A stretch of DNA of 63,861 bases, the filler included, from Octopus bimaculoides (Eukaryota), in NCBI RefSeq assembly GCF_001194135.2. It is 5 parts of 5 records of this genome, joined end to end, with 100 filler letters (N's around TTAATTAATTAA, not from the genome) between each part and the next. Parts side by side here need not be neighbours in the genome. Positions count along the whole stretch, not along the records: positions 1 to 21,191 come from NC_068987.1; 4 more parts are not named here. The stretch is one strand, 5' to 3'. Both the position numbers and the translations under genes were made by a program. Positions 1 through 12,947 of the stretch are shown here, one piece after another. A model generated the notes under the pieces. The model saw nothing but the letters and a program-made list of their open reading frames with translations. It had not been told where the DNA came from and searched no databases. How positions within the stretch are numbered: the stretch's first letter is position 1; every line of letters begins with the position of its first letter.

Positions 1-45
1 ATGTATATACATATATATATATATAGATGCATACATATTATATAT

Positions 46-81
<36 letters not shown>

Positions 82-855
82 TGCCATTGCTGTATGGCAT
101 CTATATCACAAATCGTCCTCCCTAAGCACTCTTACAACGTCTTCGCTATGCATTAGAGTTTGTGTAAATTTATGTTGTGTATGAGTATGTGTGCGTCTTT
201 GTGTGTCTGCATGTTTGTGTGTGTTTGTGTGTATGCGTGTGCGTATTTATCTTTACTAGGCTTTCTAGATCTGTGAACATTATGTACAGATATATGTATG
301 TTAAGTACGTGATGTCACACTTACATAAGTATATTTTCACACATACATATACACACATACGAGCGCATACATATATATTACAGCACATTAAATTCATGTA
401 ATATCTATGAATGCGGATGCATGCGTGTATATATCTGTATGTGTGCATTTATCTATCGTTGCATATGCGAAATGTAAGTAGTAAATTTATGTATATAATG
501 TATGACTTTATGGCTCTACGTCCTACATGTCGTTAGATTCTAGTGAAACATTAATTTTATTTGACCTTCATCACTCTCTCTATATTATGATGGTTTTCCT
601 TCTAACTGAGCAATATTTTAGCAGGTCTCATTAAACAACTGTATAATATACATCCACACGAACACAAGTTCTTTATACAACACTTACACACAAGCACATT
701 CACTTCATATTTACAATTATATGTTTGTGTATGAATTCATAAATATAGATACATGAAAGGATGTATGTGTGTATATGAGTGCACGTACCTATATTAGTTA
801 TATATTTCATAAATATAAAATCACTTACTCTTATATGTAATTCATCTATCTATCA

Positions 856-886
<31 letters not shown>

Positions 887-3018
887 AATTTATGAATCTA
901 TGAGTTTGTGTCTATGCATACACACACACATATAAATAGAAAAAGAGTGATAGAGGTGCATACACATACAGATAGATGCATATTTAAATGTTTGTACGTA
1001 TGTAGGTATTATATATACTGGTGTAGGATCTAGCAAAAATGAGATAATTGTCGTGTCACTTTTCAGTTTAACTTTGCTTCATGCAATACCTTGTTTTATT
1101 CTTGCGTCTTCATCTTATTTCACTAATTCTTCTTCTTTACCTTAGGTGTTTCTTCTCATTCTGCTTTCGTTTCTTGTTGGATTTTGCATTATTTCTTGTC
1201 TCAAGAAACACCGACCATTCAGTTCTAGTATTAATTTGTCTTCCTTTGCAAGTTCAAATTGAGTACTTTTTTCTTTTGATATCCAATGCCATTGTCTGCT
1301 CAACTTGCAATTACTTTTTTTTTTATAACTGAAAAGTTGTGATTACTTTTAAACGTGAGAGCTAAGTTGAGCACCTAACTGGTATTTTAAATCTGTATTT
1401 GTAAAACGCTGATATTTATATAATTTTGTTTGATATTTTAAGGAGAACGTTTCCACTTAATAGCCATATGCGATCGAAAAATTTTGTTTATATATATATA
1501 TATCAATATGTGTGTGTGTATGTGTCTTATCAGCATGTCTAAAACTGGAAACATGAATGTAGTGTCACCTTTTTAGCTGCGATGGTTGATTTCGTTGAGA
1601 TAAACTCAGCTTCGTATATGACATTCTTCATTACAAAAAGTATTTAGTGGCTATACATTCGTATGTCTATATGAGAATCTGTCCTCACTTATATTTTCTT
1701 GTTGTTAGAGACGGACACTATATGATACGATGCTCTTTATATTAGCAATAAAATAATGAATTGAGATCGCTTCTCTTAAATAGTCTTTTATATTTTATAC
1801 GTCAATAAAGTATTCATATATTATGGCTAGACCAACTTTTGCAATATTATATTTAACGCTAAATGAAATGGATGTGTGATTCAGAGATAATTCCACGTCA
1901 CCCTGGAAAGTAAAAAGAGCTCTAGATATGAAAGAAGAGAAGTTCAATCAGAGCTACTACATTCATATATCCGCTTTTAAATGCATCGCAAAAGCATGTG
2001 TAACAAAATTAACCAACTACAATTAGCACCCGAAAGAAATAACTCGTAATTAGGAAATCGAATGGGAATATAAGGTGAAACCTTCCATTTGCACAAAAAC
2101 ATCTATATAAAATTCTGTATAATCCACGGGACAATTGAATACTAGGTCTAATATTTTGGAGAAATGTTGACACTTTGAAAAACATCTGTTACATAACCGG
2201 ACTATAGCACCTTTACCTAATGATTTCCTATAACACGCTTACACACACGCGGGCGCACATAAGCTAATGATTAATAAAAGTACTGCATTATTTGGTGAGG
2301 CGTGTAGTCGATCGAGTGGATGGAAAGTCAAACTTAACATCGAAGAGATTTGAGCTAGCTACATAGCTACATAGATTAAAAAAAAATTGTTTAATGTTGT
2401 CACGCACATAAGGCTTCAAAATCCTGTAGGTTGTGCCTTAGATCTCTTGCTGGTGACATTGTCAGGGAATCTGCGATGTGTCATCCATTTTCGATAGCTG
2501 GGTTAACTGAGGTTATGTAGAACAAATGGAATAAAACCTCAAGCTAGATAGAAATATCACCTGTTGATATAACTCATGATTTGTGATTGCGTAACCGGTC
2601 TTATACTTCCCATCATTCCACCTCTATTATCCATTTAAGTACATGTAGTCACTAAATCGTGTGAAGCTCGTCGCTAGACTTGCAAGATGCGGTTGCAGCA
2701 TCTTAGTTATATCTCACCCTATTGTCTTCCCCATAGAAGTTAATGTAACCTGGAGTAAAATTACAGAGTGTTCACGGCTGAAACGTTTTGTAATCATAGA
2801 TCTCTTTTATAAGGGAACATGGGATTACTTAACAACAACAAAATCGATCCATTTACAGAATGTGTAAATAGCGTATTACTTTGACGCGTGTAGCGTGTTA
2901 AATGGAAAGACCTTCAAGAGTATCAGGGAGACTGTTGCTACTTCCAAGAATGAACTGAAGCAGGATAGACAGATAGAGATATAGGGCCAGCTTGAAAGAT
3001 GGAGAGAGGTAGAGATTG

Positions 3019-3079
<61 letters not shown>

Positions 3080-3311
3080 NNNNNNNNNNNNNNNNNNNNN
3101 NNNNNNNNNNNNNNNNNNNNNNNNNNNNNNNNNNNNNNNNNNNNNNNNNNNNNNNNNNNNNNNNNNNNNNNNNNNNNNNNNNNNNNNNNNNNNNNNNNNN
3201 NNNNNNNNNNNNNNNNNNNNNNNNNNNNNNNNNNNNNNNNNNNNNNNNNNNNNNNNNNNNNNNNNNNNNNNNNNNNNNNNTATGTATGGAAGAGTGTTAG
3301 AGATTGAAATA

Positions 3312-3651
3312 CAGGAATAAAAAGCAAATGAAGACATTTTTAGTCTCTCCTCTTTTTCCTACTCCTCCACCTAATCTCCCACCTCATCTCCCCTCCTCTT
3401 TCTCCAACGCTATCCCCTCCTCTTCCTCCAACGCTATCTCCTCCTCTTCCTCCAACGCTATCTCCTCCTCTTCCTCCACCTACTCTCCCACCTCTCCTCC
3501 CCTCCTCTTCCTCCAACGCTATCTCATCCTCCTCCAACACCGACTGTTTCTCCACCTTCATCTAAGTTCCGTGACTTTTTTCTTCTCACCACACCGTGAT
3601 GATGGTGATGATTGTGGTGGTGGTGATGGTAGTGGTGGTGGTGGTGTTGCA

Positions 3652-3682
<31 letters not shown>

Positions 3683-3923
3683 TAATTTATCTTTGTTTTG
3701 TAATTCTTTTTTTTTTTCCATCTCTTTCTGTTCCACACTTAACAAAGATTTAAAAAAGTGGAAGATAGAGAGGGAAAGAAATGGAGGAAGAGAGAGAGAA
3801 ATACTGCAACAATGAGAAAACGTGTGAAAATATAAAGAGCGAAAAAAGAGAAAGCCAATCGCTGAAAGTATTTTACTCATTATTACAGCTATTTCCTCCT
3901 CCACATCGTCATCGTCGTCGTCG

Positions 3924-3973
<50 letters not shown>

Positions 3974-4096
3974 GTCGTCGTCGTCGTCATTATCATTAGC
4001 ATTTTTCTCTATCACTTTCTTTCATTCACACAGATGAGTGAACGACTTTGAGACATAGAGAGACTCTACGTATGTTCGTTTGTGTGAGTGTTTGTT

Positions 4097-4140
<44 letters not shown>
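3312..4140. repeat. Compound simple repeats: 24-bp CTCCTCTTCCTCCAACGCTATCTC units, (GGT)n, (GCT)n, (CAT)n, (TG)n
   Basis: Read directly from the sequence. Confidence 0.9.
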
Positions 4141-4142
<2 letters not shown>

Positions 4143-5100
4143 AGAAAAACCGAAAGCGAAGAAGAGAAAACTAGAGGTGAACGAGAATATTATAAAATAA
4201 AACGAACCAACGAGTGACTGTGAGATAGAGGATGAGATAGTGGGATCACATCATGGTTGAACTATGAATCTCCCCTTATCCTGAGGTAAAAGAAAATTTA
4301 ATAGCCATAGAAACACATTTCGGCGTTAAAGAAGAGCTGAGCAAGATTAGTTATCTTGAAACATTCAGCGCTATATAGAAACATACTGCACCATAAGCTT
4401 TGTATCAAAAGCTATAATTTTGTTTTTGGTTTTCTTTCTTTTCTTATGCTTCTTGATGTTTCGGAAACAATTCCACAAATATAAACACATCTTCCCAAAG
4501 ATACCCACGCACATACATACTGTCACATCCGCGCTCACACACACACACACACTTATACGTCCATATATAAATGCACATATATTCTTATGCGTAAATATAC
4601 ATGCGCATAAACGCACCGCACTTATTTTAAAGCATTTGCATATTTCTGTTTGGTAGATACTTCGTCAGTTTCGGCGATGAGTTTTTAGTTATTCAGCCAG
4701 CTGAATCACTTCCTGTTCTTAAGAATTAGGGGTAATCGGCTCGACATTCCACAAACACGTATACAATTAATGTTATCACGGGGCGATCTGAACCTTTAAG
4801 TTCCCTACGTCTAAACATCTGAGTATTTTATAGGCACACAAATAAATAACCAAATTTTTAGGCCAAATCACGTGACCCTATATGTCAAGGCTTGGTGGAC
4901 CTTTAAATTTCAAAGCTAGCTGGACCTTTAAAGAGAGGGGTGGTAAGAGAGAATTAGATGAGGGGGGAAATGTTTGGAGCACTTGACATACTATATATAT
5001 TAACCCTGAAAATCTGATGTCGATATGCTTTATATTCGAAGTGCCAAAAGATAAAATGAAATAAAATAAAATAAAATAAAATAAAATAAAATACACAATT

Positions 5101-5760
5101 AGGCACAGGCGTGGTTGCGTGGTAAGAAGCTTGCTTCCCAAACGCACGGTTTCCGGTTCAGTCCTTCTGCGTGGTGTCTTAGACAAGTGTCTTCTATTAT
5201 AGCGTCGGGCTGACCAAAACCTTGTAAACAGACTTGGTAGATGGAAACTAAAAGAAGCCGATATGTATATATCTATATCTATGTGTGTGTGTTTGTGTTT
5301 GTCTCCCTATTACCGCTTGAGAACCGGTGTTGGTGTGTTTGCATCCCCGTTAGATAGCAGTTCGAAAAAAGAGATCGATAGAGTATGTACTAGATTGATT
5401 TCTTCGACAAAAATTCTTTAAGGCAGTGCTCCAGCATGGCCGCAGTCAAATGACTGAAAGAAATAAAAGAATAAAGGAATAAAATAAAAAAAGGAAACTG
5501 AAAGAAGCCGATACGTATATCTATATATCTGTGTGTGCGTGTATATGTGTATAAGTGTGTGTGTGTTTGTGTTTGTCCCCTCATTACTGTTTGAGAACCG
5601 GTGGTGGTGTGTTTGCATCCCCGTTACATAGCAGTTCGACAAAGCAGACCGACAGAAAATGCACTAGGCCGATTTGTTCGACAAAATATCTTCAAGGCAG
5701 TGCTCCAGCATGGCCGCAGTCAAATGACTGAAATAAATAAAAGAATAAAGGAACAAAGCA
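5101..5760 (+). mobile_element. tRNA-derived SINE, family B, full length, with a tandem duplication of its 3' half
   Basis: A-box-like TGGTTGCGTGG and B-box-like GGTTCAGTCC, body ...GGAAACTRAAAGAAGCC, central (TG)n, tail GTGCTCCAGCATGGCCGCAGTCAAATGACTGAAA + (AATAAAAG)n. The segment from GGAAACTG onward repeats at ~5493-5760. Confidence 0.85.
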
Positions 5761-6630
5761 AAACAAAAAAAGAAAAAGGAAAAGAAAAAGAAGAAAACCC
5801 GGAACGTACTGCAATTTAGTTGATCAGTCTTTTTAATGACACTGGCATTTCGTCGCCCTAACATTGATATTCTTTATGGAGTATATTTTTATGGAGTATA
5901 TTTTTATGGAGTATATTTTAGCTGAGTCATCAAATGTATATCGCTACATGCCTACACACGTGTAATCATGGTCTTCACTCTCGCATATATATATATGAAT
6001 ATATGTGTTTGTCGCTCCCTTATTAGTGCTATAAGTTTACCAGCAGATTATTAGAAGCGAGCTGTCTGAGCGAGCGATGTAAGCTTTTTTCTATACAGAC
6101 AAAAATTTAAATTAGTGATAATCCAATGAAAAAGTAAATGATTTCTTATCATTATAAAATCTTACATGCATGGAATTCGGTGTATTATCCAGGATATATC
6201 TACTATTTTATTTCTACATAAACACATTACCCGCTAACATTCAACTTCAGTATGTACATTAAAGTGTAAAACTATTAATATAAAGTGCCGCGAGTTCAGC
6301 TTCATCATTCACAAAATATAGCTGAAATGGTGGCAGTGATTAAAGTGCCTTCGTAAGTATCATCACACAATCAACATTGTCATCGTTGTCCGTGTTGTCG
6401 GCGTTGTTGATGTTGTCAGCATTGTCGACGTTGTCGTCTTATTTGTGCTATCAAAATTAATGTGTGTTTATTATGGAAATTATTATATTCCAAAAAGGCT
6501 TTGGGTGTTCTTATAAACTTCTACTTAATATTATAAGCCGCCTAGTGTTATCAAATGACTCTATCCCTAGGGTATCGTCATGTGCGATACATATATACAT
6601 GTATGTATTTATTCTCTGTCNNNNNNNNNN

Positions 6631-6673
<43 letters not shown>

Positions 6674-6769
6674 GCGCGCGCGCGTGCGTCTAGAGTCGAC
6701 TGTCAGAAAATACAGTATACAGTATCATAATAGAAATTTGCAATATATTTCGTTTTGATCGACTCATTT

Positions 6770-6923
6770 TCTTGCTGCTCTTCAACACATCTGGTGTTGA
6801 AGTGATCACAGAGCTACGCAAGAGAGAGTGTTTTGCTAACGAACTCAACGCATCACCCAGTCCAGGAATTGAAACTACGATCTCGCGATCTGAGTACAAC
6901 ACTCCATTAGACCATGCACCCTC
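6770..6923 (-). mobile_element. tRNA-derived SINE head, family D
   Basis: Minus strand has A box TGGTCTAATGG and B box GTTTCAATTCC. Homologous copy at 50410-50550. Confidence 0.7.
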
Positions 6924-8862
6924 ACGCACACAAACACATACACATATGTGTATGTATACATAGACATAAGTACGTATATAAAAATACAGATACAGACACA
7001 CAGGCATACACACACATACGCACATGTATGCATTCTTGAATGAATTGAAATACTATTTTCCAAAGCTGTTTCGCCCTTGTTGCGAATCTATGGGTTAGTT
7101 AGAGTTGGAAAAAAAATGGAAGCGCATTTGCACTTACTTAATCAATGCGTGTGAATGTATACGGAATATAGTTGCTTATGTTGTGTGATTTGTGTTACTA
7201 GACAGCCAAAGAGATTCGTGTGAATAGGAATGGTCCTTTGTGAGCAATACTTATTATGAAGTGTGTGCATACGTTTGTCGTTTACTGAGTAGTAGATCTT
7301 CAGAAGTTAGCTAAACAAACGGACGATGCAATTTAGGCTGTCAGCGTATATGTCAGAGATACTGTTCCAGGTATGTAAACCATATTATAATTATATTTTA
7401 TAATTGTAGTTATGCTCTCTTGAAGGTTAGCAATTTATCAAAGTGAAACTGTTTATTGACGCTTAAGAGGAAAGAAAACTATCCTTTGTGATGATATTAG
7501 GATAATGTTACCGGCGTGCGTTCACTGTAGAATGACATCAGATTGTGAGGCTTAGCAGGAATGAACTGTATCGTTTAGTGTAGGGTTACTAGACCATTTT
7601 CATCATGAAAATAGTGGATTAGGTCAGTTTGCTTGATAGAAATTTATGCCCTGTGTGGAGAATGTTTCTGTGGTCTCTGTTCATGGAAGCAGTTAGTGGC
7701 TGTCTTGATGTGTTCAGTTACCTTTGGGTAATGTGTGAGAGCTGGTGATTAAGAGGAATTTAAAGGGGGATAACAATGCTTAGGAAAGTGTATGGTTTGA
7801 AGTAAAGATGGATGATTGATCAATGAGCGAAACTATTGATTTGTTATGAATGATGGAGAGTGAATGATGCAGAGATGATTGATGGAGGGATTGATAAGAT
7901 TTATGTGTTGGATAGATGATGATTAACAGTGATTAATAAACCAATTGATGATTATGATTGATAAATGTATGAAAGGATTGATGAATACAAGTATTAGTTG
8001 ATAGTTAATGATGGTGGTGTTAATGGAAATGATGACGATGATTTAAACAATGATGTTGACAAAGATGATGAAGAAAATGGTAATGTTGATGAGGATGACG
8101 TGGAACAACCGGAAGAAAATGATGATAATGATGATGGTGAGGAGGAGGAGGAGGGGAAGAGGCAAAAAAGGAAGAGAATGATAATGAAGGTGCGGCGGCG
8201 GATATACCAGTCGTATATTAGCGGGTTCATGTTTTTCCATTTTGCAAAGGGGAAGAAGAGAATAGTATCATATTTAGTACCAATCCAAGGTGTGTGACTT
8301 GGTATTCTTCACCATCATGGTACAGCGCTGCATTGAGAGGATTTAAGCCACAGTAATGAAGTGTAATGTGATATTCTGTAGTTTGACATTGATATTTTAG
8401 TCAAGTAGAGGAATGTGACATTCTGTTCATGACGATGGAATGGAATGTGAGGTTAATTATCATGAGAGAGACTGGAGGGTGAAATTATAGTAAAGGAATT
8501 GGAATATTATTTACCAGAGCCATAGAATTAAGTGTAGTATTATACACAGTTAAGAAGTAGAGTGTGAGGTATGTTTCATGAAGAGGGAATCGACTGTGAT
8601 ATGATTTTCATTGTCAGAAAAAATGTTTTTGATTTTCAGAAATAATTTTTTGTTCTATCTAAAACCCCTCGGTGCTATACACTGTTCTTTGTGTTGTACT
8701 CATTGTATTTCAGATGGGTGGAAACTACAATAATCATTAGATTGGAAGACTTATTAAAGCGTTAAATAATATACTTTGCAGTATTTATTCCGGTTGTTTA
8801 CGTTCTGAGTTCAAATCCTGCTGCGGTAAACTTCGAAAATTATCATTATTAAGTAAAAGTTT

Positions 8863-9076
8863 AAGGCAGCTGGCTGGCAGAATTGGTAGCACGCTGGGCA
8901 AAATGCTTAGCAGCATTTCGTCTGTCTTTATGTTGTGAGTTCAAATTTCGCCGAGCTCGAATTTGCCTTTCATCCTTTCGGGGTCGATAAATTAAGTACC
9001 AGTCAAGTCGTGGTGTCGTTGTGACCGATTTTCGCCATCCCCCAAAATTTCAGGCCTTGTGCCTTTAGTAGAAAGG

Positions 9077-9112
<36 letters not shown>

Positions 9113-9115
9113 GTC
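8863..9115 (+). mobile_element. SINE family A (tail type 2) ending in (ATC)n
   Basis: Head GGCAGAAT..TAGCACG, B-box GAGTTCAAATT, body TTTGCCTTTCATCCTTTCGGGGTCGATAAATTAAGTACCAG shared with more than 12 copies in the window. Confidence 0.9.
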
Positions 9116-9789
9116 ATTAAATGCTTAGCTTTTCCCATTGAGACTGAGACAATCCTACGTTCAATGCCATCATCGGCTTCATCACCACCTACACTTACAA
9201 TATTTGATATATCCTGTAACAGACTAGGAACACCGATCACTATCATCATCCCAACAACCATGAACATTAATAACTTCATTACCACCAGAACCACCACCGT
9301 CGTGATTACCGCCAAGACCACCGCCACCATCACGACCACAACCACCAACGCCACCCGACCACCACTACTAGCAAAACCACCATCATTAATATCAGTAGCG
9401 ACATCATTGGTGTCCATGGAGGAATCTAATTGTTGGTCTCTGCTACAAAAACAACAAATTTCACTTAAAATCTCACACTTGTGTCTTGAAAAAGAGAAAA
9501 AAGAAAAAAAAAAGCAGGACAGATTGGATAGTGTAACCGTTCCCCTAAAGGGAAGGTGTGGGCATGGTCGGAATATTTTGGTCATAAATTTATTCAGTCA
9601 AGCTTGACCTGTGTGACAGCAACAAAGACAGGCAACAACAAACATGTTATAGCAACTAACCCCAATATTAAAACCGCTACAAGCCAAGAAAAGAATCTCT
9701 GTGCTGGCGCATCACGTGTTAGAAATATCAGCGAAATGAAACTCTGATCACACTTCCCCTTTGTCTTGCAAAAGAACAACTTTGATGAT

Positions 9790-10007
9790 ACTGATTTCAA
9801 ATTTTGGCGCATGGCCAGCAAATTCAAGGGTGGGATAAGTCGATTACATCCACCCCAAGTCTCAACTGGTAATTATTTTATCGGCCCCACCCCACAAAAA
9901 TAAAAAGCAAAATCCACTTCGGTGGAATTTGAAATCAGAACGTAAAGACGAAACGCCTCAAAGAATTTTGCCCCTCGCTTTAACGATTCTGCTAGGTCGC
10001 CGCCTTA
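9790..10007 (-). mobile_element. SINE family A (tail type 3)
   Basis: Reverse complement aligns by eye to the other family A copies along their length. Confidence 0.85.
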
Positions 10008-10035
10008 ACATAGTTTTGATAATATTGTCATCCGT

Positions 10036-10253
10036 TCGGGCAACAAGCTAGTAGAATCGTGAGCACCTTAGGAAAAATTCTGGGCGGCGTTTCATCCGTC
10101 ACTAAGTTCCGAGTACAAATTCCACCGAGATCGACTTTGCCTTTCATCATTTCGGGGTCGATAAAATAAGTACCAGTCTAGAACTGGGTCGATGTAATCG
10201 ACTAATCTCCTCCCCGAAACTGCTGGCCTTGTGCCAAAATTTGAAACCAATAT
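10036..10253 (+). mobile_element. SINE family A (tail type 3) with a 12-bp target-site duplication
   Basis: AATATTGTCATC at 10021-10032 and 10249-10260 flanks the element. Confidence 0.9.
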
Positions 10254-10639
10254 TGTCATCAGTTACAAGCCCATAGGTAAAATGCGAGGTTGGTCACGCC
10301 TGGAAAGCTTTTGGTTATAGATGTGATATCGGTCAAGGGTAACCCGGTGCTTAATATCACCTGCCACCACTACATCCGTAACACCAAAACATTACGTCAG
10401 AATATATACCTACTACAAAAGCCAAGGGTAGCCGTTGAGCTTGCTGCCCTACTAGGTCCATTTGAAAATAAGACATATTGCACAGATCCAAGAGTGCTGC
10501 TCCCTAAAAAAAAATATATATATATATATATACCGTCGTCTGGAGCGGACCGCTCCTTTGTCTTCCCGTATCTTACAGCTTCATTACTGCAATATATCTC
10601 TTTAAACACCCCACCGCTAGTTGATCCTATGTGCCGCCG

Positions 10640-11420
10640 CCACCACCACCACCACAACAACAACCATTATACTACTCTGCACAGCACACTTCAGTGTCAA
10701 GCATCTGAAGATGTTCCTTTCTTTTCTTTAGGTTTTCAATTTGACCAAATATTACCACTACTATTACTACTACTACACCAAACCACCACCACCACCACCA
10801 CCACCACCACCACTACCACCACCNNNNNNNNNNCCACCACCACCGCCGCCGCCGCCGCCATCACCACCATCAATATCACTACCACTAATCATGACATTCA
10901 CTACTGCCACTACCACCACTACATCCGTACCTATAGCTATCACTTGTCACCATCACCTCAACCACACCAACACCGCCATCATGCTAACACCACCTCCACC
11001 ACCACAAATCACTACGATCACCACCACCACCACCACCACTACTACAACTACTCTCATCATCACTACTACCACTACCACTACCACAACCACTACCATCACC
11101 ATAGCTATCGCTAACACCATAACAACCACTACCACTATCATTCTAGACACCACCACCACCACCACCACCGCCATCATCCTCACCATCACCACTATCACCC
11201 TAACCACTGCCACCGCCACCGCCACACTTATTAATACGAAAATCACAACAAAGATGAGTCATTTGTTGTTTTTATCTCAGCATCCGTGTCTCAAAGAGTC
11301 GGCTGTTCATGGTCAGAGGACTGTGGACGTTTAGGGAAGAAGCAGGAACAGGATATAACAACAACAACAACAACGATAACAACAACAGCAACAACAACAA
11401 AAACAAAAAAAATGTCTCTC
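10640..11420. repeat. Cryptic (ACC/ACT/AAC)n trinucleotide low-complexity tract
   Basis: Read directly; similar tracts at ~7980-8220, 9190-9380, 38100-38460 and 49000-49380. Confidence 0.9.
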
Positions 11421-12796
11421 CACCCCAGAACATGCGAAGGGGATGGCACATCAGTAGAGATTTACATTCCTTGGTGTGTCACATCTCGATCACAATTAAG
11501 CAGCAGCAGTAGCAGTAGCAGGACGCGTGTGTGTGTCTTGTGAGTGTTTGTACATGTCGAACGTACGTATGTATATTAGCTATGTCATTAGAGCTCGCTG
11601 ATTCTAGCTACGCTTGTTGTTAATTCAGTTGATTTCGCCGTTGTTGTTTCTTGGTGAAGCTGTTGTTGTTGTTGTTGTTGTTGTTTGCTAGTGGTGGTGG
11701 TGGTGGTGGTGGAGCTAGTGGAAGTGGTAATGGTTGAAGGGTGTGAGGCAGGAAGGAGAAGCAATGATGAACCATCTTCAAAAGGAAACCGCGAGTTTAT
11801 CGGAGCGATAACAATAGTTTGACCTTTCGAATAAGCATCAACTTAAAGACATGCTGCTGCTGTTGCTGCAAAGTTAAGCATCGCTCTCATTCGTTCATTT
11901 TTCTATTACTTTCATCTTTCATTCTCTTTACCCATTCTCCCAATCATTTATTCTATTAATATCCTTCTTCTGTATTTTTGTTTTCTTTCCTTATCTCTGT
12001 TTTTCATTTTTCGAAGATTTATTTTTTTCTTTCAAAGTGTCACTTTTTTTTTTTTTTTTTTTTTTTTTTTGTCAAGTTAATATGCGAAAGAGACTTCATC
12101 AAGTTTTTCTAGAAATCAACCAATCGCAAATGTCAGTTCTGAGAGAAGGATCTCTTAAGCATTTAGAGAACCCATGCCATCTTAGAAAACGGATGTAAAA
12201 TAATGAGCTTCATAATAATGGTGATGATGACGACTATGATGATAATAAATGCATGAAGGGTACAAGCTATTGTGTTAAAATATGCTTTCAGCAGCTCCAG
12301 AACAGATTCAAGCTTTAAACACATAGGATGTCATAAGTAATAAAGAAGTTTGTTAAAAAAAAAGGGCTCTAGTTTACACACGACACACAAATAGATACAT
12401 ACATACATACAGCCTTTATATATTTAATCCTTTATAGTGAACATTCAATATTTCATCTATTCAATAAGACATATTCCATATATTCAATAAGACATTCAAT
12501 ACTTTATTTCATTGTACCATCCATTTTTATTTTATATTATATATTGTATATTATATTATATATTGTATATTCCATATTCTATATCCCACATTGGTTTTGC
12601 AGGAATATAAATGAAACATAAAAAAACAGACGGTGTTGGAACTCTTTTAAACAAAATAATATATATATATATATACATATATGGCTGTGTGGTAAGTAGC
12701 TTGCTTACCAACGACATGGTTCTGGGTTCAGTCCCACTCCNNNNNNNNNNGTGTTGGAACTCTTTTAAACAAAATAATATATATATATACATATAT

Positions 12797-12944
12797 GGCT
12801 GTGTGGTAAGTAGCTTGCTTACCAACGACATGGTTCTGGGTTCAGTCCCACTCCATGGTACCTTGTGCAAGTGTCTTCTGCTATAGTCTCGGGCCGACCA
12901 AAGTCTTGTGAGTGGATTTCGTAGACGGAAACTGAAAGAAGCCC
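12797..12944 (+). mobile_element. SINE family B, 5' half (3' remainder at ~15021-15096, separated by a CR1 insertion)
   Basis: GGCTGTGTGGTAAG...GGTTCAGTCCC...GGAAACTGAAAGAAGCCC. Family B tail sequence TTTGTCCCCCCACCATTGCTTGACAACCGATG resumes after the LINE. Confidence 0.85.
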
Positions 12945-12947
12945 ATA

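Noticed and set aside
2440-2760. Minus frame WNDGKYKTGYAITNHE, faintly like an LTR-element RNase H
   Set aside because: Too short and stop-ridden to support a call.
5870-5920. 16-bp unit x3 (also 16-bp x4 at ~27470-27530) as a possible CRISPR-like or binding-site array
   Set aside because: No spacers; ordinary slippage minisatellites in a eukaryotic genome.
6860-6923. tRNA-like sequences with A and B boxes (also the heads of families A and B)
   Set aside because: They continue into SINE bodies, lack a proper acceptor stem, and are multi-copy and diverged; not tRNA genes.
10290-11334. Longest ORFs in the track (274 aa and 197 aa; His/Thr/Pro-rich)
   Set aside because: They run through ACC/ACT microsatellites and an N gap, which lack stops by composition; no domain or splice support.
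12632-12850. ~110-bp direct duplication either side of a 10-N gap
   Set aside because: The copies differ only in (TA)n length; unmerged overlap or haplotype artefact.
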